Assembly: GCF_964204865.1 (NCBI RefSeq)
Contig: NC_135251.1
Location: 18,414,001 to 18,478,000, forward strand
Source of the DNA: Styela clava
Lineage: Eukaryota
Direction: 5' to 3'
DNA: 64,000 nucleotides
Below the pieces are notes generated by a model, which ran no database searches, was not told the DNA's origin, and saw nothing but the letters and a program-made list of their open reading frames with translations. Position 1 is the first letter of the stretch. Every line of letters starts with the position of its first letter. This document shows, piece by piece, positions 49,939 to 62,423 of the stretch. Position numbers and translations under genes: made by a program.

Positions 49939-52030
49939 TAATTATTAAGAAGTTCTCACGCATATTTAACAATACAGCAAGTGTAAAATATAGAAGTGGT
50001 TAGTGAAAACATCTCAACATAATTGTTATTACTATCAATTCCACTAAGTTGTATAAAGTTGCAATTGCGCATTACATTGACTTTTCAGGTAATTTAATCA
50101 CATTTCGTCTACTGCACCTCACTCAGTCGAAAGTGAATGTACTTAAATGAAATTTAACGCCGAGAGGCACATGCGAACTCATTTTGAGAAATGGGACTTT
50201 CGTTTTAAAACTTTATTACGGCCTTCAATAATATAAACAATTTGAGTTCTTTCGTTTCATTATAATAATGAGTAATATGCTTTCAACAACGCAAGACTTC
50301 GTTTCAAGAATTTCATGATGAAAAATCAAATTTTATTCTCAGTATTTAAATATTTATACCTATTATATATATATATTTATATTGGCTTCTGAAAAGTACG
50401 AATTGTTTTCATAACTGAGAATCTTCTGTCTTCTGTCGTTCTATTATTAGCAGTTTCGATTTCTGTGTTCCGCCCATCAGCATTTTTACTTAAAAATGAT
50501 TGCAAAATAGCAAGCTGTCGATTCAGTAATTGTTTTTAACCAAACAAAATCCTATTAAGTCTTTTTCAATCTGCTTGTAAAACCCAGTTAATCTGGATTT
50601 TCCGCTCCGGTTTTCAGAGAAAAAAGTTTTAAAAATGTCTAAAATCTACTAGTCGAATTTCTAATCATTTCAATATTATTATTAAATTTTGTTATACGTT
50701 TCGGGCTCAGAGGGTCCGCCTCTCTGAGAGCCTATTCAAACCATGGGTATGAAATGGCTACGGTCCATTTCCTATCACGGGCTATACGCGAATTTAAACA
50801 CACTTGTTTAGCACACTTCAAAACCAGCATTTTTAGCATAAGGTATTCAGACGATCATTATTTTTTATTCAAAACAATTCGTTTATATTTGATTCTGTAA
50901 TCTTGTATTATCACACAGAACAAATTCAGGCGAATCAGTTATCTATAGATCGTCTCACCACCACATATCTAAAAAAGCGTTACTTCAAGACGTTACAAAA
51001 ATAATCTATGTAGACATCGCCACATTTAGTTAATATTTCGGTGTTAATATCTGCAACTGCTACGCTTTAAAAACTAATATTGTGCACTTCAGTGCAACAC
51101 AAAATTACTGTAACCATGAATCGCGATTGAGTTTCATTCGAAAACATATTATATTCGTGTCGTATACACGGTAATATAGATTCTATAGATAGAAGATTAG
51201 TCTAACGGTCTTGACACTTTTGAGATCAACCAAGGCGTTTATTTACATACTTTTCATTATATACTTTGCTAAATTTTAAAAACGTCTAATGATTCAGATT
51301 GTTAGGGTTGATCTACCAGATTTAGCGAGGAGACTTCTCAAATGACAAAGACAGGATTTGAAATCTCTCATAAAAATGGATTAAAGCAACTAGATCCAAA
51401 TAATGAAAACGTCTCTGAGCGAGATGCCTTTTTGCGAGACAACGAAAACATCATAACATCGGGCGATGTAAACATTCGCTTCTTTCCCCCAACAAAGCCG
51501 CCTACGCGCGTTAGTCTAAACTAAATCACTTTATTAAACAATATTTACCGCCAGATGTCGACTTATGTGGAAGACACGGATATATTTTCAAGCAATCTTG
51601 TTGTACAGCAGGGATATACTTTATAAAGAATAACAACAAATACGGCATGAACCAGTAGGAACTGACTTAATGAATGGACAATATTTAATATCAACGTCAA
51701 ATTGACCACATTGATATGCATTCTCATGACAGGAACGCCTGGTTTCCAAAAGCTGAATATTTTAGGTCTTGTGTCTGCAATTTTTGCAAAAAGGCACGAT
51801 TCATTGCCGTTTACCAAACTACATGAACCTACTATAATGATACTTGACGATCTCGAAAATAATTTCATGTTATTTCAAGTGTTGTTTTAATTAAGTTATC
51901 AGGACAAGAAGTGTGGTTTTTAAGCCGATCCTATTATATCAATTAGTTTTCAGAATGTAAAATCCGAATACATGTTATTCTAAGAATTTGGTCGAATGAA
52001 CTCAACGAAATAAATAGATTTGTAATACAT

Positions 52031-52407
52031 AACAAGAGAGCTGTGCTCAAATATATGGACACGTTAACCAGAGCGAAGCAGTATTTACCTTTGACGCCAC
52101 CGGTACCCACAAAAAAATCCGAGTTTAGCGTAGAAATAATTTACAGAATCAAACCGGACAGCCAGTGTTCCCATGGATAAAATAATACAGCGAAATTTTA
52201 GACGAAATATCAGATTTCATGCGAAATTTAGAAATAAATAAAAGTAATAGCCTTCTGGCAAAAAAATCAATCTTTACTCACTGAAAAATTCAAAGCAATT
52301 GGTCCAGTAGTCAAAGAGAAAAGCGATTTTTTTAAAAATGATGGAGACAAATAATAACAATAACGACAAAATTTTGAAACGATCGTTATGTCCACTACGT
52401 GTCCAAC
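52031..52407. mobile_element. DINE/HINE-like short element
   Basis: Starts AACAAG, has short subterminal inverted repeats TGGACACG / CGTGTCCA and an internal AAT/AAC microsatellite, and is absent from the paralogous unit. Confidence 0.45.
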
Positions 52408-55126
52408 AAGTTCTTTTGTTCATTTCAAACTATTCAAACGTACATTTTAGCATGTTTACATCACAGTCATTTTATACATTCACAAGGTATATTTTGCGTT
52501 TGTTGAAAAATGGCTCTATTGCATACCCCATTTGCGCAAATTTCAAATTTGAATCCAATGTTTGCAGCGAATACATATTTTCTTTCTGTTCCTAGAAATA
52601 CCGTGAAATGAGTCGTAGATGACATATAATATATCACTCGGATTAAAAGAACCACTGGAGCAAAATTACAAACTGTATGGTTATTGTGCATCGCATCATT
52701 TAAGAATAACTACGCAACGTAATCATTTTTAATCATGGAATAAACAGTGGAAAGTTCTGACATTTCAATTCTTGTTAAAAAAAAACTTAAAGCTTAATAA
52801 ACCTAAAAAAACGTGTTACATGATTAAGCTGCAATTATTACGGATTAAAAATATTTTCAGAGAAATTTGAGGTGCATGAAAATATTTTTGAATATTATTT
52901 CTTCAAATTGGCGGAAGTTAGCAATAAATAAATTACGACCTCTTTGATCTTACAATAAATAGCATTATTGCGCTCTAAACCTCAGTTCTAAAGACAAGTC
53001 GACTCACCGGAAGTCGGGCAGGCCATTTTTTTTTTAAATTCCAAGCCTTCCCAATCTGATAGTCTATTTGAACGAATTTTAAAATTATGCCACCACGGGG
53101 TGGAGTTTGAGTATTATTCGATTAACAAAATGTCTAATGTCCCTAATGTTTAATGTCTACACAAAATCAATCCATTTGAGAAAAACAATTTTAGTATAAA
53201 AGTATCATATGTTTTGCAGGACTTGGCAACATAGAAACTAAATCCAGCTGATTGATATACTTCTCCTATTAAGTATGAATACTGTCAAAATGAAACTCAT
53301 TTTCCGTGATACCGATTAGTTTAAAAAACAATAACATCCCTAAATATATTAACATATACTTTGGCATTGCTCGTGGCTGTATTTGATTTACTTAGTAATT
53401 GGAATCATTCTATCTAAATTATTATTTTTAGTTTTAATGACGAAAACATAAATATGCCTGTACGATTTATGAATGCCGTAGAATACAGGCTATTTTATAA
53501 ATATCATAAATTGACTAAATTTAACTGGAATTCTAAAGAAGTTTTTGCGTTTCTTTACCAAAGCAGCAAGTGTAAAATATAAAATATAGAAGTGATTATA
53601 AAAACATCTCAATTTAATTGTTACTACTACCAACTTCACTAAGTTGTATAAAGTTACCTTGTAATTTCGCATTACATTGACCTTTCATTTAATTTAATCA
53701 CATTTCATCTACTGCACCTTAATCGGCCCAACGTCAAATGTACCCAGTTAAACTTAAACACCGAGAGGCACATGCGAACTCATTTTGATAAATAGGGCTT
53801 TTGTTTTGAAACTTCAATACAATTCCATAATATAAACAATTCGAGTTCTTTCGTTTTGTTATAATAATGATTGATGAGTTTTCAATAACGCAAGACTTCG
53901 TTTCAAGAATTTCGCAATCAAAAATCTAATTTTATTCTCAGTCTGTAAATATTGATACGTATATCATTAATTTATATTGGCTTCCGAGGATTACAATTTG
54001 TTGTTTCCACAACCGGGAATCTTCTGTCAAAACCACATTTTTTATTATTAGCGGTTTCGATTTCTGTGTTCCGCTTAATCAGTATTTGCGCACAACAGTT
54101 TTACTTAGAGGTTTGAAAAATAGCAAACTGTCAATCAACGAATGGTTTTTCAACCAAACAAAATCCTATTATGATTTTTTCAGTTGCTTGTAAAATCTAG
54201 TTTATCTGGATTTTTCACTTCGGTGTTCAAAGAACCATTTTTAAAGATGCATAAAATTTACTATAACCGAATTTGATTCGAACTTTTTTCCAAACATCAT
54301 TTCGTATCAGTGCCTAAAATTACTGAAACTAGTCTAGATCATATATTGCCTCACATTTTCTGATTTATTTTACCTACACATCGTTTTACGTCACCTGGCT
54401 TAGAGGATGAGCCTCTCTGTGAGCCTATTCAAACCATGGATATGAAATGACTACGGACCATATCCTATAACGCGTTATGCGCAAATTTTAACAAATTCGT
54501 TGAGAAACTTTCTCTATTCCTTTATGGAAGGCAATTGAATTTTTAGCATAAAGAATCCAGACAATCATGTTTTTTTTTTTGTTTCATTCTGTAATGTACA
54601 TAATGTGATTATTGTACATCGCATTATTTAGCAATTTAACGATATCTTCGCAAGATGCTCATTTTTAATCTTGGAATAAACAGTGCAAAGTTCTGACATT
54701 ACAATTCTTGTTAAAAAACTTAAGGCCTAATAAACCTAAAGGTATTTGTTACAAGTGAATAGAAAGGGAGTTACATCTTTAATTTGCAATGGTTACTGAT
54801 TAAAAAAGTTTTTAGAGAAATTTGAGGTGCATGAAGTTATTTTTCAATATTATTTCTTCAAATTGGCGGAGGTTAACAATACCAAAATTACGACCTCTTT
54901 GATCTTGCAATGAATAACATTATTGTGCTCTGAACCTCAGTTCTAAGGATAAGTCGATTCATGTAATTACTTATATATACTTCAAGTTTATTGGCAAGGC
55001 CGATTCCCTGCAAAATCCTAAGCCATTTTTTTTTAAATCTGATCAAGTTTATTTAAACGGATTTTGAAATTATGCCACCACTGGGTAGAGTTTGAGTATA
55101 ACATCCCCAAATATATTAACATATAC

Positions 55127-56025
55127 CAGGGATGGCGAATCTTTTTTAAAGAATGGGTCAAAAATTGGATTTTATCACGGAACAGAAGAGTGGGGGTCAC
55201 AGTCACAGATATGTAATCAATGATTGGTATATATAAAAAACTTGCTGCTGCATCTAATCTTGCAAATCTCATAAGCTTCAGTTGGTGTTGTGTGTGGTTT
55301 TGGGCTTTATTCACGATGCACTTCTATCAGTAACTACTAGACTCTTTATGACACTCGATTTTATGAAACCCGTGTACAAAATATCCATATAAATTACCCA
55401 AACACTTTCAGGATGATGCGGCAAATTACTAAAGAGTTTGGAGGCAATTCCACTCTGATAGAATTATGTTTTTCGATCAGCTTCCAACTACACTAGGACA
55501 CTTTCAACCTGCCCTATTTTTATTTCAGATTTCTTTACTTCAAGTCTAGAAGATTTTGTTTTCTCAACGGCATTGTAGGCGAGAAACTAATAAATTCAAA
55601 GTAGCATCTAGCTTTCGTATACCCAAAGCAGTCCAAAGTGCTGCCTTTTGGTTCATGTCCTTCCGATAGGGAACACTTTAACCAGATGTAGTGAAAAAAA
55701 ATCAATTGTATTGTTTTGTCATTAACGATGTCTCAGCCATAAGTGCATAACGGTATACAATGGTGAACACGTGCATCCGAGTTTGAGATTTTCGGAAATT
55801 ACCATACCAATCCAAAAAATGAAAATTTTGAATTTGAGCGTCTGCAGGCCTGACTGGCTGTACATTATGTTAGTTTACTTAATCTTAAATTCAATTAGAG
55901 CCGGTCATATCAATTTTAATCACTTATATGTTAGTATGTTTTTATTTCATTTGTGCGTCGGCGAGTCACCGAAAACACGCGATGGGTCACTTTCTGACCC
56001 GCGGGTCAATGGTTGGCCATCCCTG
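55127..56025. mobile_element. hAT element with a decayed transposase C-terminal fragment
   Basis: TIRs CAGGGATGGC / GCCATCCCTG, perfect TSD ACATATAC, and an empty site AACATATACTTTGGCATTG at ~53351. Minus-strand remnants such as ILKVFG and IKS..VTD. Confidence 0.88.
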
Positions 56026-57028
56026 ACATATACTTTGGCATTGCTCATGGCTGTATTTGATTTACTTAGTAATTCGAATCATTTTATCTAAATTATTATT
56101 ATTAGTTAATGAAGAAAAATTTAATTTACCTGTACGTAACAGATTTTTATTGATGCAATAAAATGTAGGCTATTTTATAAATATCAGGAGGTTGACTGAA
56201 TTTAACTGGAATTCTAAAGAAGTTCATGCGTTTATTTAACAAAGCTGCAAGTGTAAAATATAAAATATAAGAGGGATCATAAAAACATCTCAACTTAATT
56301 GGTATTACTACCAACTTTACTAAGTTGTATAAAGTTACCTTGCAATTGCGCATTACATTGACATTTCAGTTAATTTAATTAATCACATTTCATCTACTGC
56401 ACCTTAATCGTCCGAACGTCAGATGTACTCAATTAAAATTTAGCGCCGAGAGGCCCATGCGAACTCATTATGATAAATAGGGCTTTCGTTTTAAATTTAC
56501 AATAGGATTCAATAATATAAACCTTCGAGTTTTCCGTTTTATTATAATAATAAGTGATGAGTTTTCAATAACGCAAAACTTCGTTTCAAGAATTTCGCAA
56601 TTAAAAATCAAATTATATTCTGAGTATGTGTTTATTTATACCTATCTTATTCACATTTTTATTATTAGCAGTTTTGATTTCTGTGTTCCGCTCAATCAGT
56701 ATTTGCGCACAACAATTTTACTTTGGAATGTTCGAAAAATAGCAAACTGTCAATCCACGAATGGTTTTTCAACCAAACAAAATCCTATTATGATTTTTTC
56801 AGTTGCTTGTAAAATCTAGTTTATCTGGATTTTCCACTTCGGTTTTCAGAGAAACCATTTTTAAAGATGCATAAAATTTAGTATAGCCGAATTTGATTCG
56901 AACTTTTTTCCAAACATCATTTCGTATCCGTGCCTAAATTTAATAAAACGCTAGATTTTTTGTGGGAGTAGATCATTTATTGCCCCACATTCGCTAATTT
57001 TTCCATCTACATATTGTTTAACGTCTCG

Positions 57029-57110
57029 TGGCTCAGAGGGTGCGCCTCTCTGTGAGCTTATCCAAACCATGGGTATGAAATGACTACGGACTATATCCTA
57101 TCACGCGTTA
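57029..57110 (+). mobile_element. Probable decayed tRNA-derived SINE head (copies also at ~50704-50780 and ~54396-54475)
   Basis: A-box-like TGGCTCAGAGG followed by a B-box-like T.CAAACC. No complete cloverleaf. Confidence 0.35.
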
Positions 57111-58012
57111 TGCGCAAATTTTATTCAATCTGATGGGAAACTCTCTCCATTTCGTCATGGAAGGCAATTGAGTTTCAAGACAATCATGTTTTTTATAGCC
57201 AATTCTGATTACCACATAGACTATAGTGTCATAGACCAAATTCGGGCGATTCAGCTAACCATCGATTGTTTCAGCAAATGGCGTTACATTACGGAGTTAT
57301 AATAAATAAGCTATGTAGACATCGCCACATCTGGTTTTAATTTTTCGGTGTTAATATCCGCAATTGCTACACTTTGAAAAATATTATTGTGCACTTCAGT
57401 GCAACACAAAATTACTGTAACCTCAAATCGCGACTCAGTTGAACTTTACATTCCCCTATTAATTTTGTAAGCGCATTATAGATTGTAATATAATTCAGAT
57501 ACCTTGTTATTTTATTTATGTACTCTAAAATTAATGGCCAATATCATCCAACAATAAATAGACATTTGAAGAGAAGAATACTAAGGATATCGGTTTTGTC
57601 ATTACATTCCACCATTTATTTTATTTAGTTCAACGTTTACCAACCAGGAAGGAATTCCTCCCCGGGAAGAATTTTGATGTTCTTGGGAGGAAATACAAAT
57701 TGTATTTAGCGTGGTTTCACAATTATTGTTTAGTTATTTAACAATATGCTAAGACGTGTTCATCGATAAATTATCAACTATTCGAACTGCACAAAAGTCA
57801 TAATGCAAATTGTGTGGAGCACTAGTTACGGACCTACTAAAGATGGAAAAAATATTAGAAACAGAGTTTTTTTTATGCATATTGAGGAATAGGGGGTATA
57901 AAAAATTCCTAAATAGACAAGGTTAGGAACCACTTACTCAATTGCATACAAAACGACAAATATAGTAAGATGTTTCAGTTGCTTTCACTGGTAAGCAAAC
58001 ACAATAAAATGA

Positions 58013-58215
58013 TGACTCAATGATTTTTTTGTTTAAACAGGCAGCCAACATTTGGTTTCGAAATATGGAAACGAAAAAGTTGTGAACAGACATCACGTCA
58101 CCTTGACGCATGACACATCAGCGAAAAAAATGAAAATTGCTGATATCATTTTTGACTTCAGGCCATGTCAGATACATTTTAGAAGAAAAAAATGGTGGCA
58201 AAAAAACTTTAAATA
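58013..58215 (+). promoter_or_regulatory. Putative proximal promoter of the Sushi-SMB gene
   Basis: AP-1 TGACTCA (58013), CRE-like TCACGTCA (58093) and TGACGCA (58104), and TATA-like TTTAAATA (58208) about 80 nt before the ATG. Confidence 0.3.
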
Positions 58216-58291
58216 CCCTGGATTTACAACTGACGACACATTTCCTTACATCTTCTTCTCACCTTTACACGGTTTGGAAGAATACAAGAAA

Positions 58292-61200
58292 ATGAGTAAA
58301 TTATCGATCGCCGTATTTCTGGCAATTATCGGCGTATCCCTTGCTGCCGGTGGTGAGTACACGGCATTTGCCGTTTTATTTTATCTGATTAATTTCCATA
58401 CGAATATTTGTTCAAGTCAGGATCGGGTCGGCCTACACACGAGAAGAGTGAGTCCCCTAGAATTAGAGACGCAAGCTGCCAGCTTAAAAGCGATAAGCAA
58501 ATAATTAGAAATCAATTAAACTCATTGGTAGTGTACACCGTACGAAAGCTCTACAATTATTATTGAAAAAATGGCAATTTAACATAAGAAAATTTGCTCA
58601 AAGCTAAGTCACGTACAATAACTCAGAAGTAAAAGATACTGGTCTCTGAGCAAGGTTACAGCCATCCACAGACGTGCCATGCGCTACCGAGACTATGAAG
58701 AATTAAGGCGGTGGATTAGTTAATATCGATTAGTTCATTCGAATTTGAACCATTTCATTTTCATATTTATCTTGTGATCAAGCGCTTTCTATATTCACGA
58801 AACTTCGGCTTGCAGGTTGTCGGAATCCAGATATCAAGTATGGGTATTGCGAACCTGATATGGTTGGTTACGTACCAAGGAGTTTCATCCCATATGGAAC
58901 AGTTGTAAAATGCCACTGTGATCCCGGTTATGATTGGACTGCCGAATCAAATTCATACGAGTGTAATTATTACGGATGGGACCCACGCAAATTTGGAAAA
59001 TGCGTAGAACGTGAGTGTATTTACACAATTTTATTTATTATATATCATATTCCTACCTCTGGTTTTCCGTTTAAAAACAATAGCATAATCAATTAATAAT
59101 TATTATATTCTCCCTCTAAGGTTTGCCATCTATGTACAAATACATCCGTAGATAAAATAATCATTATATATATATCAATTTTTTTCAGTCGATGGCCGTA
59201 TATGCGTACAAGTCATGTTGATTGGACTGTTGTTTTATACTTATTGCATTTTTTGCTTAACAGGAACCAAATGCTATCCACCACCACAACCTTCAAAGGG
59301 TTCATACTCACCTGTTCAAAAATATTACTTCTACAAACAGAGCATTACCTATGAATGCAAATACGGTTATTATTTGAGCAACCCCAAATACACTGTTCGT
59401 ACATGTACCGCAAGTGGCGATTGGGACCTTCCGGCCCCAGAATGTCTTGCACGTGAGTTTTTCAAAAATATTTATTTCACTTCCCATCTTTCCCATAAAT
59501 CATGTTGTTTACGTGAAACAATCAGAATATGACTGACGCTTGAGATATAAAATGTGTTATCACCAAAAATGGTCTTCCTACTAATTGCTTTTTTACAAAA
59601 AGATGCTTAATTGTGGTGCTCACTCACTAGTCACTAGTGTTCTTATTTTTTATTTTAAGGTGTCAAGTATTGTCCTAATCCACCTAAAATCAGCTATGGT
59701 TCTTTTGGATTGGCCAGACCAAAATATAAGTTTCCAGACAAAATAATATACTCATGCAACGTTGGATTTTACATGGTTGGCAAAGCAAAATACCAATGCA
59801 TGAAAAGTGGAAGTTGGCATCCCACTCCTCCTCCAAAATGCCTTCGTAAGTGATAATTAAACAATTTCAAATTTACTTTAATTGCCTGATTTCGAAATGA
59901 AACCTAAAATCGATGTGAGTAAGAGTGAGTAACTAAATACTAATTCAATCTGTTAATTACCTGTTGAAACTACTATACGTCGTTTCCACTTTAGTTTACT
60001 TACATTTGGGGGAGTGCGTTTGCTTCCTTAATTTGAGATACTTCAAGTTGGTACGAGCAGTTGGCATATTTCTGACAATATCAATGTAGCCTACTAAAAC
60101 ATAATTAGCCTGGTTACATTTATTTTCGCCTTATACGCAATTCTGCATGATCTATTACTGTCGAAAAACAACCAATAGCCTAACTTCTGCCAGATCTGCA
60201 GGTTAACTTTTTACATTTGGTTTAACCAGCACTGTGCAAGCAACCATCTAAACCAACCAAAGGCGAGTTTGAACCCATTCAGGATTACTATACCGTTGGT
60301 GCAATAACAACTTTCACATGTGAAAAATACTACGAACTTAAGGGAAAAGAGGTACTCACCTGTCAGAAAGGTGGAAAATGGAACTATCCTTCACCTACAT
60401 GTCAAAGTAAGAATTGAGAATTCTAATGGTTGAATATCTGAATTTTTAACCTCAATGCTAAAACACCTTCTTACATAATTCATAATAACTACCTTCATCG
60501 TTTATTGCAAGTTCTAAAAACTCGAACAAAACTGTTAACTTTTTTTTTGCAGTAACATGTCCTCGCAGGGAAGCACCAGAAAACGGTAAAGTGACTCCAT
60601 CCCGAAAACGATACTCCGTACATGAAGTGATCGAGTTCAGCTGCAGAGACGGGTATAGTCTCAGTGGTAACTCAAAAGACAAGTGCAAATCAAATGGGAA
60701 ATGGGCGGTCAACAAACCGGTATATTGCTTAAAACAATGCAAAGTGGAAGATTTGGCGCCATACGTCACCTATAGCCCTGAAGCTGATTACTACGATCAA
60801 GGAAAAGTAATATACTTCAAGTGCGATAGAGAACACTACCACCTTGTCGGAGAGAAAAAATCTAGATGTTCGAAAGGCGGAAATTGGGATACAGAGTTTC
60901 CCATTTGCGGTAAGAAAAGTGAAATTTCGAAGTAATATAATATATCATTTCATGAAACTAATAGGTATATATTATACAGTTGTAATAATATCTACTGGCT
61001 TTATTTATGGGGTTCTTCCAAAGTATTAAAGGACGTGGATATATGTAATACCTAACTTTCATTATTGTTCTTAATAAAAAACCACCATACCCCATTTCTA
61101 TCACAAACTTCTACTATACGTGAGTTGTTTCTTTATTTGATCATATATATATATATATATATATATGTCCTAGTTCGAAAGTGCTATACACCTGAGATCG

Positions 61201-62310
61201 AAAATGGTGGAGTTGAAGATGAAAAAGATTTCTACTTGGCAAGAGAATATATTGAATATTTCTGCATTGATGGCTATGTTCTGGATGGAGATGATGAAGG
61301 TCAATGCAAGGCCAATGGGCAATGGAGCCACGTCCCAACTTGCAAAGGTATGTTCATTGAGTAAATATCAGCGGTTGGTTTGCTGTTGCGTGCTCTCGAA
61401 TTGGCCAATGTTAAGACTCTCATTACACAATGTTGTGGATAAATGCCCTATGACATTTTGCTGAGTGAATCATTAAAACGCATGTTATTTTTATGCAGCA
61501 TTAGAGAAAAAATGTCGTGGACACAAATTAGTTGGTGGAGGAGTCAAGCCATCTTATGACTGGTACAATGCCGGAAGCTACGTAATTTATTATTGCTCTG
61601 CGGGATACAAATTAACAGGAAAATACTTCAAGAACCGATGCAATAAAGATGGAACTTGGCAATATCCTATTCCCACATGCGAAAGTAAATTTACATTTTT
61701 ATTGAATTGCTGGTTAATTTAGAAAAACTGTTGAAGCTACACATACAAAAGTGTATTTTTCATTCCCACACTGTATGTTGACGACTACATTTCTCATGTA
61801 CCTAAAATTTCAATATAATCCACTAGAGGTCGACAGAGCTTTTCAATCTGTAAACCGGTTTAAAAACTAAAAACCTGCTCAAAATTTCAACAATAAAATT
61901 TATTTAAACTCATAGTGACTACCAGACTCTTTACAAGCTTGTACAAGGTTTTCTATTTCGCGGTTGTAGGCCCTCTGTCCCAGGTGTCATGTCCAAGACG
62001 CTCAGATGTTTACAAACAGATACCGAAGCAAAAGTTCGTTCTCATAACATCATATTATTGCACTTTAGAAATAATTCATGAAGATTCCTGCTATAAACGT
62101 TGTGGAGAAAAGGGCGACTACTTTGGATACGGATGTCAATGTCATTATAGGTGTAAGAAAATGTACAACTGTTGCCCTGACTATCATAAACAATGTGTCG
62201 CTAACAAACGTAAGTTTCATCACGAATATTGCTTAAAATACAAACTTCTCGTGGGAATGGTAATGACATTGAAAATTTTCAATTTTTCAGGTTATGGCCA
62301 TTTGTATTAA
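58292..62310 (+). CDS. Secreted protein with 8 Sushi/CCP domains and a C-terminal somatomedin-B domain, ~561 aa, 10 exons
   Basis: join(58292..58352,58816..59010,59264..59452,59660..59845,60230..60406,60553..60909,61174..61347,61499..61684,62069..62209,62291..62310). All introns are GT-AG and phase 1, and the CDS is open. Signal peptide MSKLSIAVFLAIIGVSLA; CCP C..G..Y.C..GY..C..G.W..C patterns; SMB SCYKRC..CQC..C..CCPDY..C. Confidence 0.9.
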
Positions 62311-62417
62311 CTGCAACAGACGCCAATAGAGATGAGCACTCATCATAAGACACACTGGAATTTTGGAATCAACGTTACGATAAATTGTCATTTAATAATT
62401 ATATTGAACGTTATATT

Positions 62418-62423
62418 AATAAA
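62418..62423 (+). terminator. Polyadenylation signal of the Sushi-SMB gene
   Basis: First AATAAA, ~110 nt after the TAA stop. Confidence 0.5.

Larger units (their letters stand above)
46180..57440. repeat. Three diverged tandem copies of an intergenic unit (A ~46180-51130, B ~51550-54600, C ~54600-57440), each with its own insertions
   Basis: Collinear shared blocks (allowing a few substitutions): CAATTCTTGTT (~47070/52765/54700), CGACCTCT.TGATCTT (47217/52936/54891), CGAGAGGC.CATGCGAACTCATT (50161/53762/56447) and CAAACCATGG (~50737/54430/57063). Confidence 0.88.

Noticed and set aside
58052-58291. Upstream part of the 150-aa ORF
   Set aside because: It has a non-ATG start; the signal peptide starts at ATG 58292 and the ORF runs into intron after 58352.
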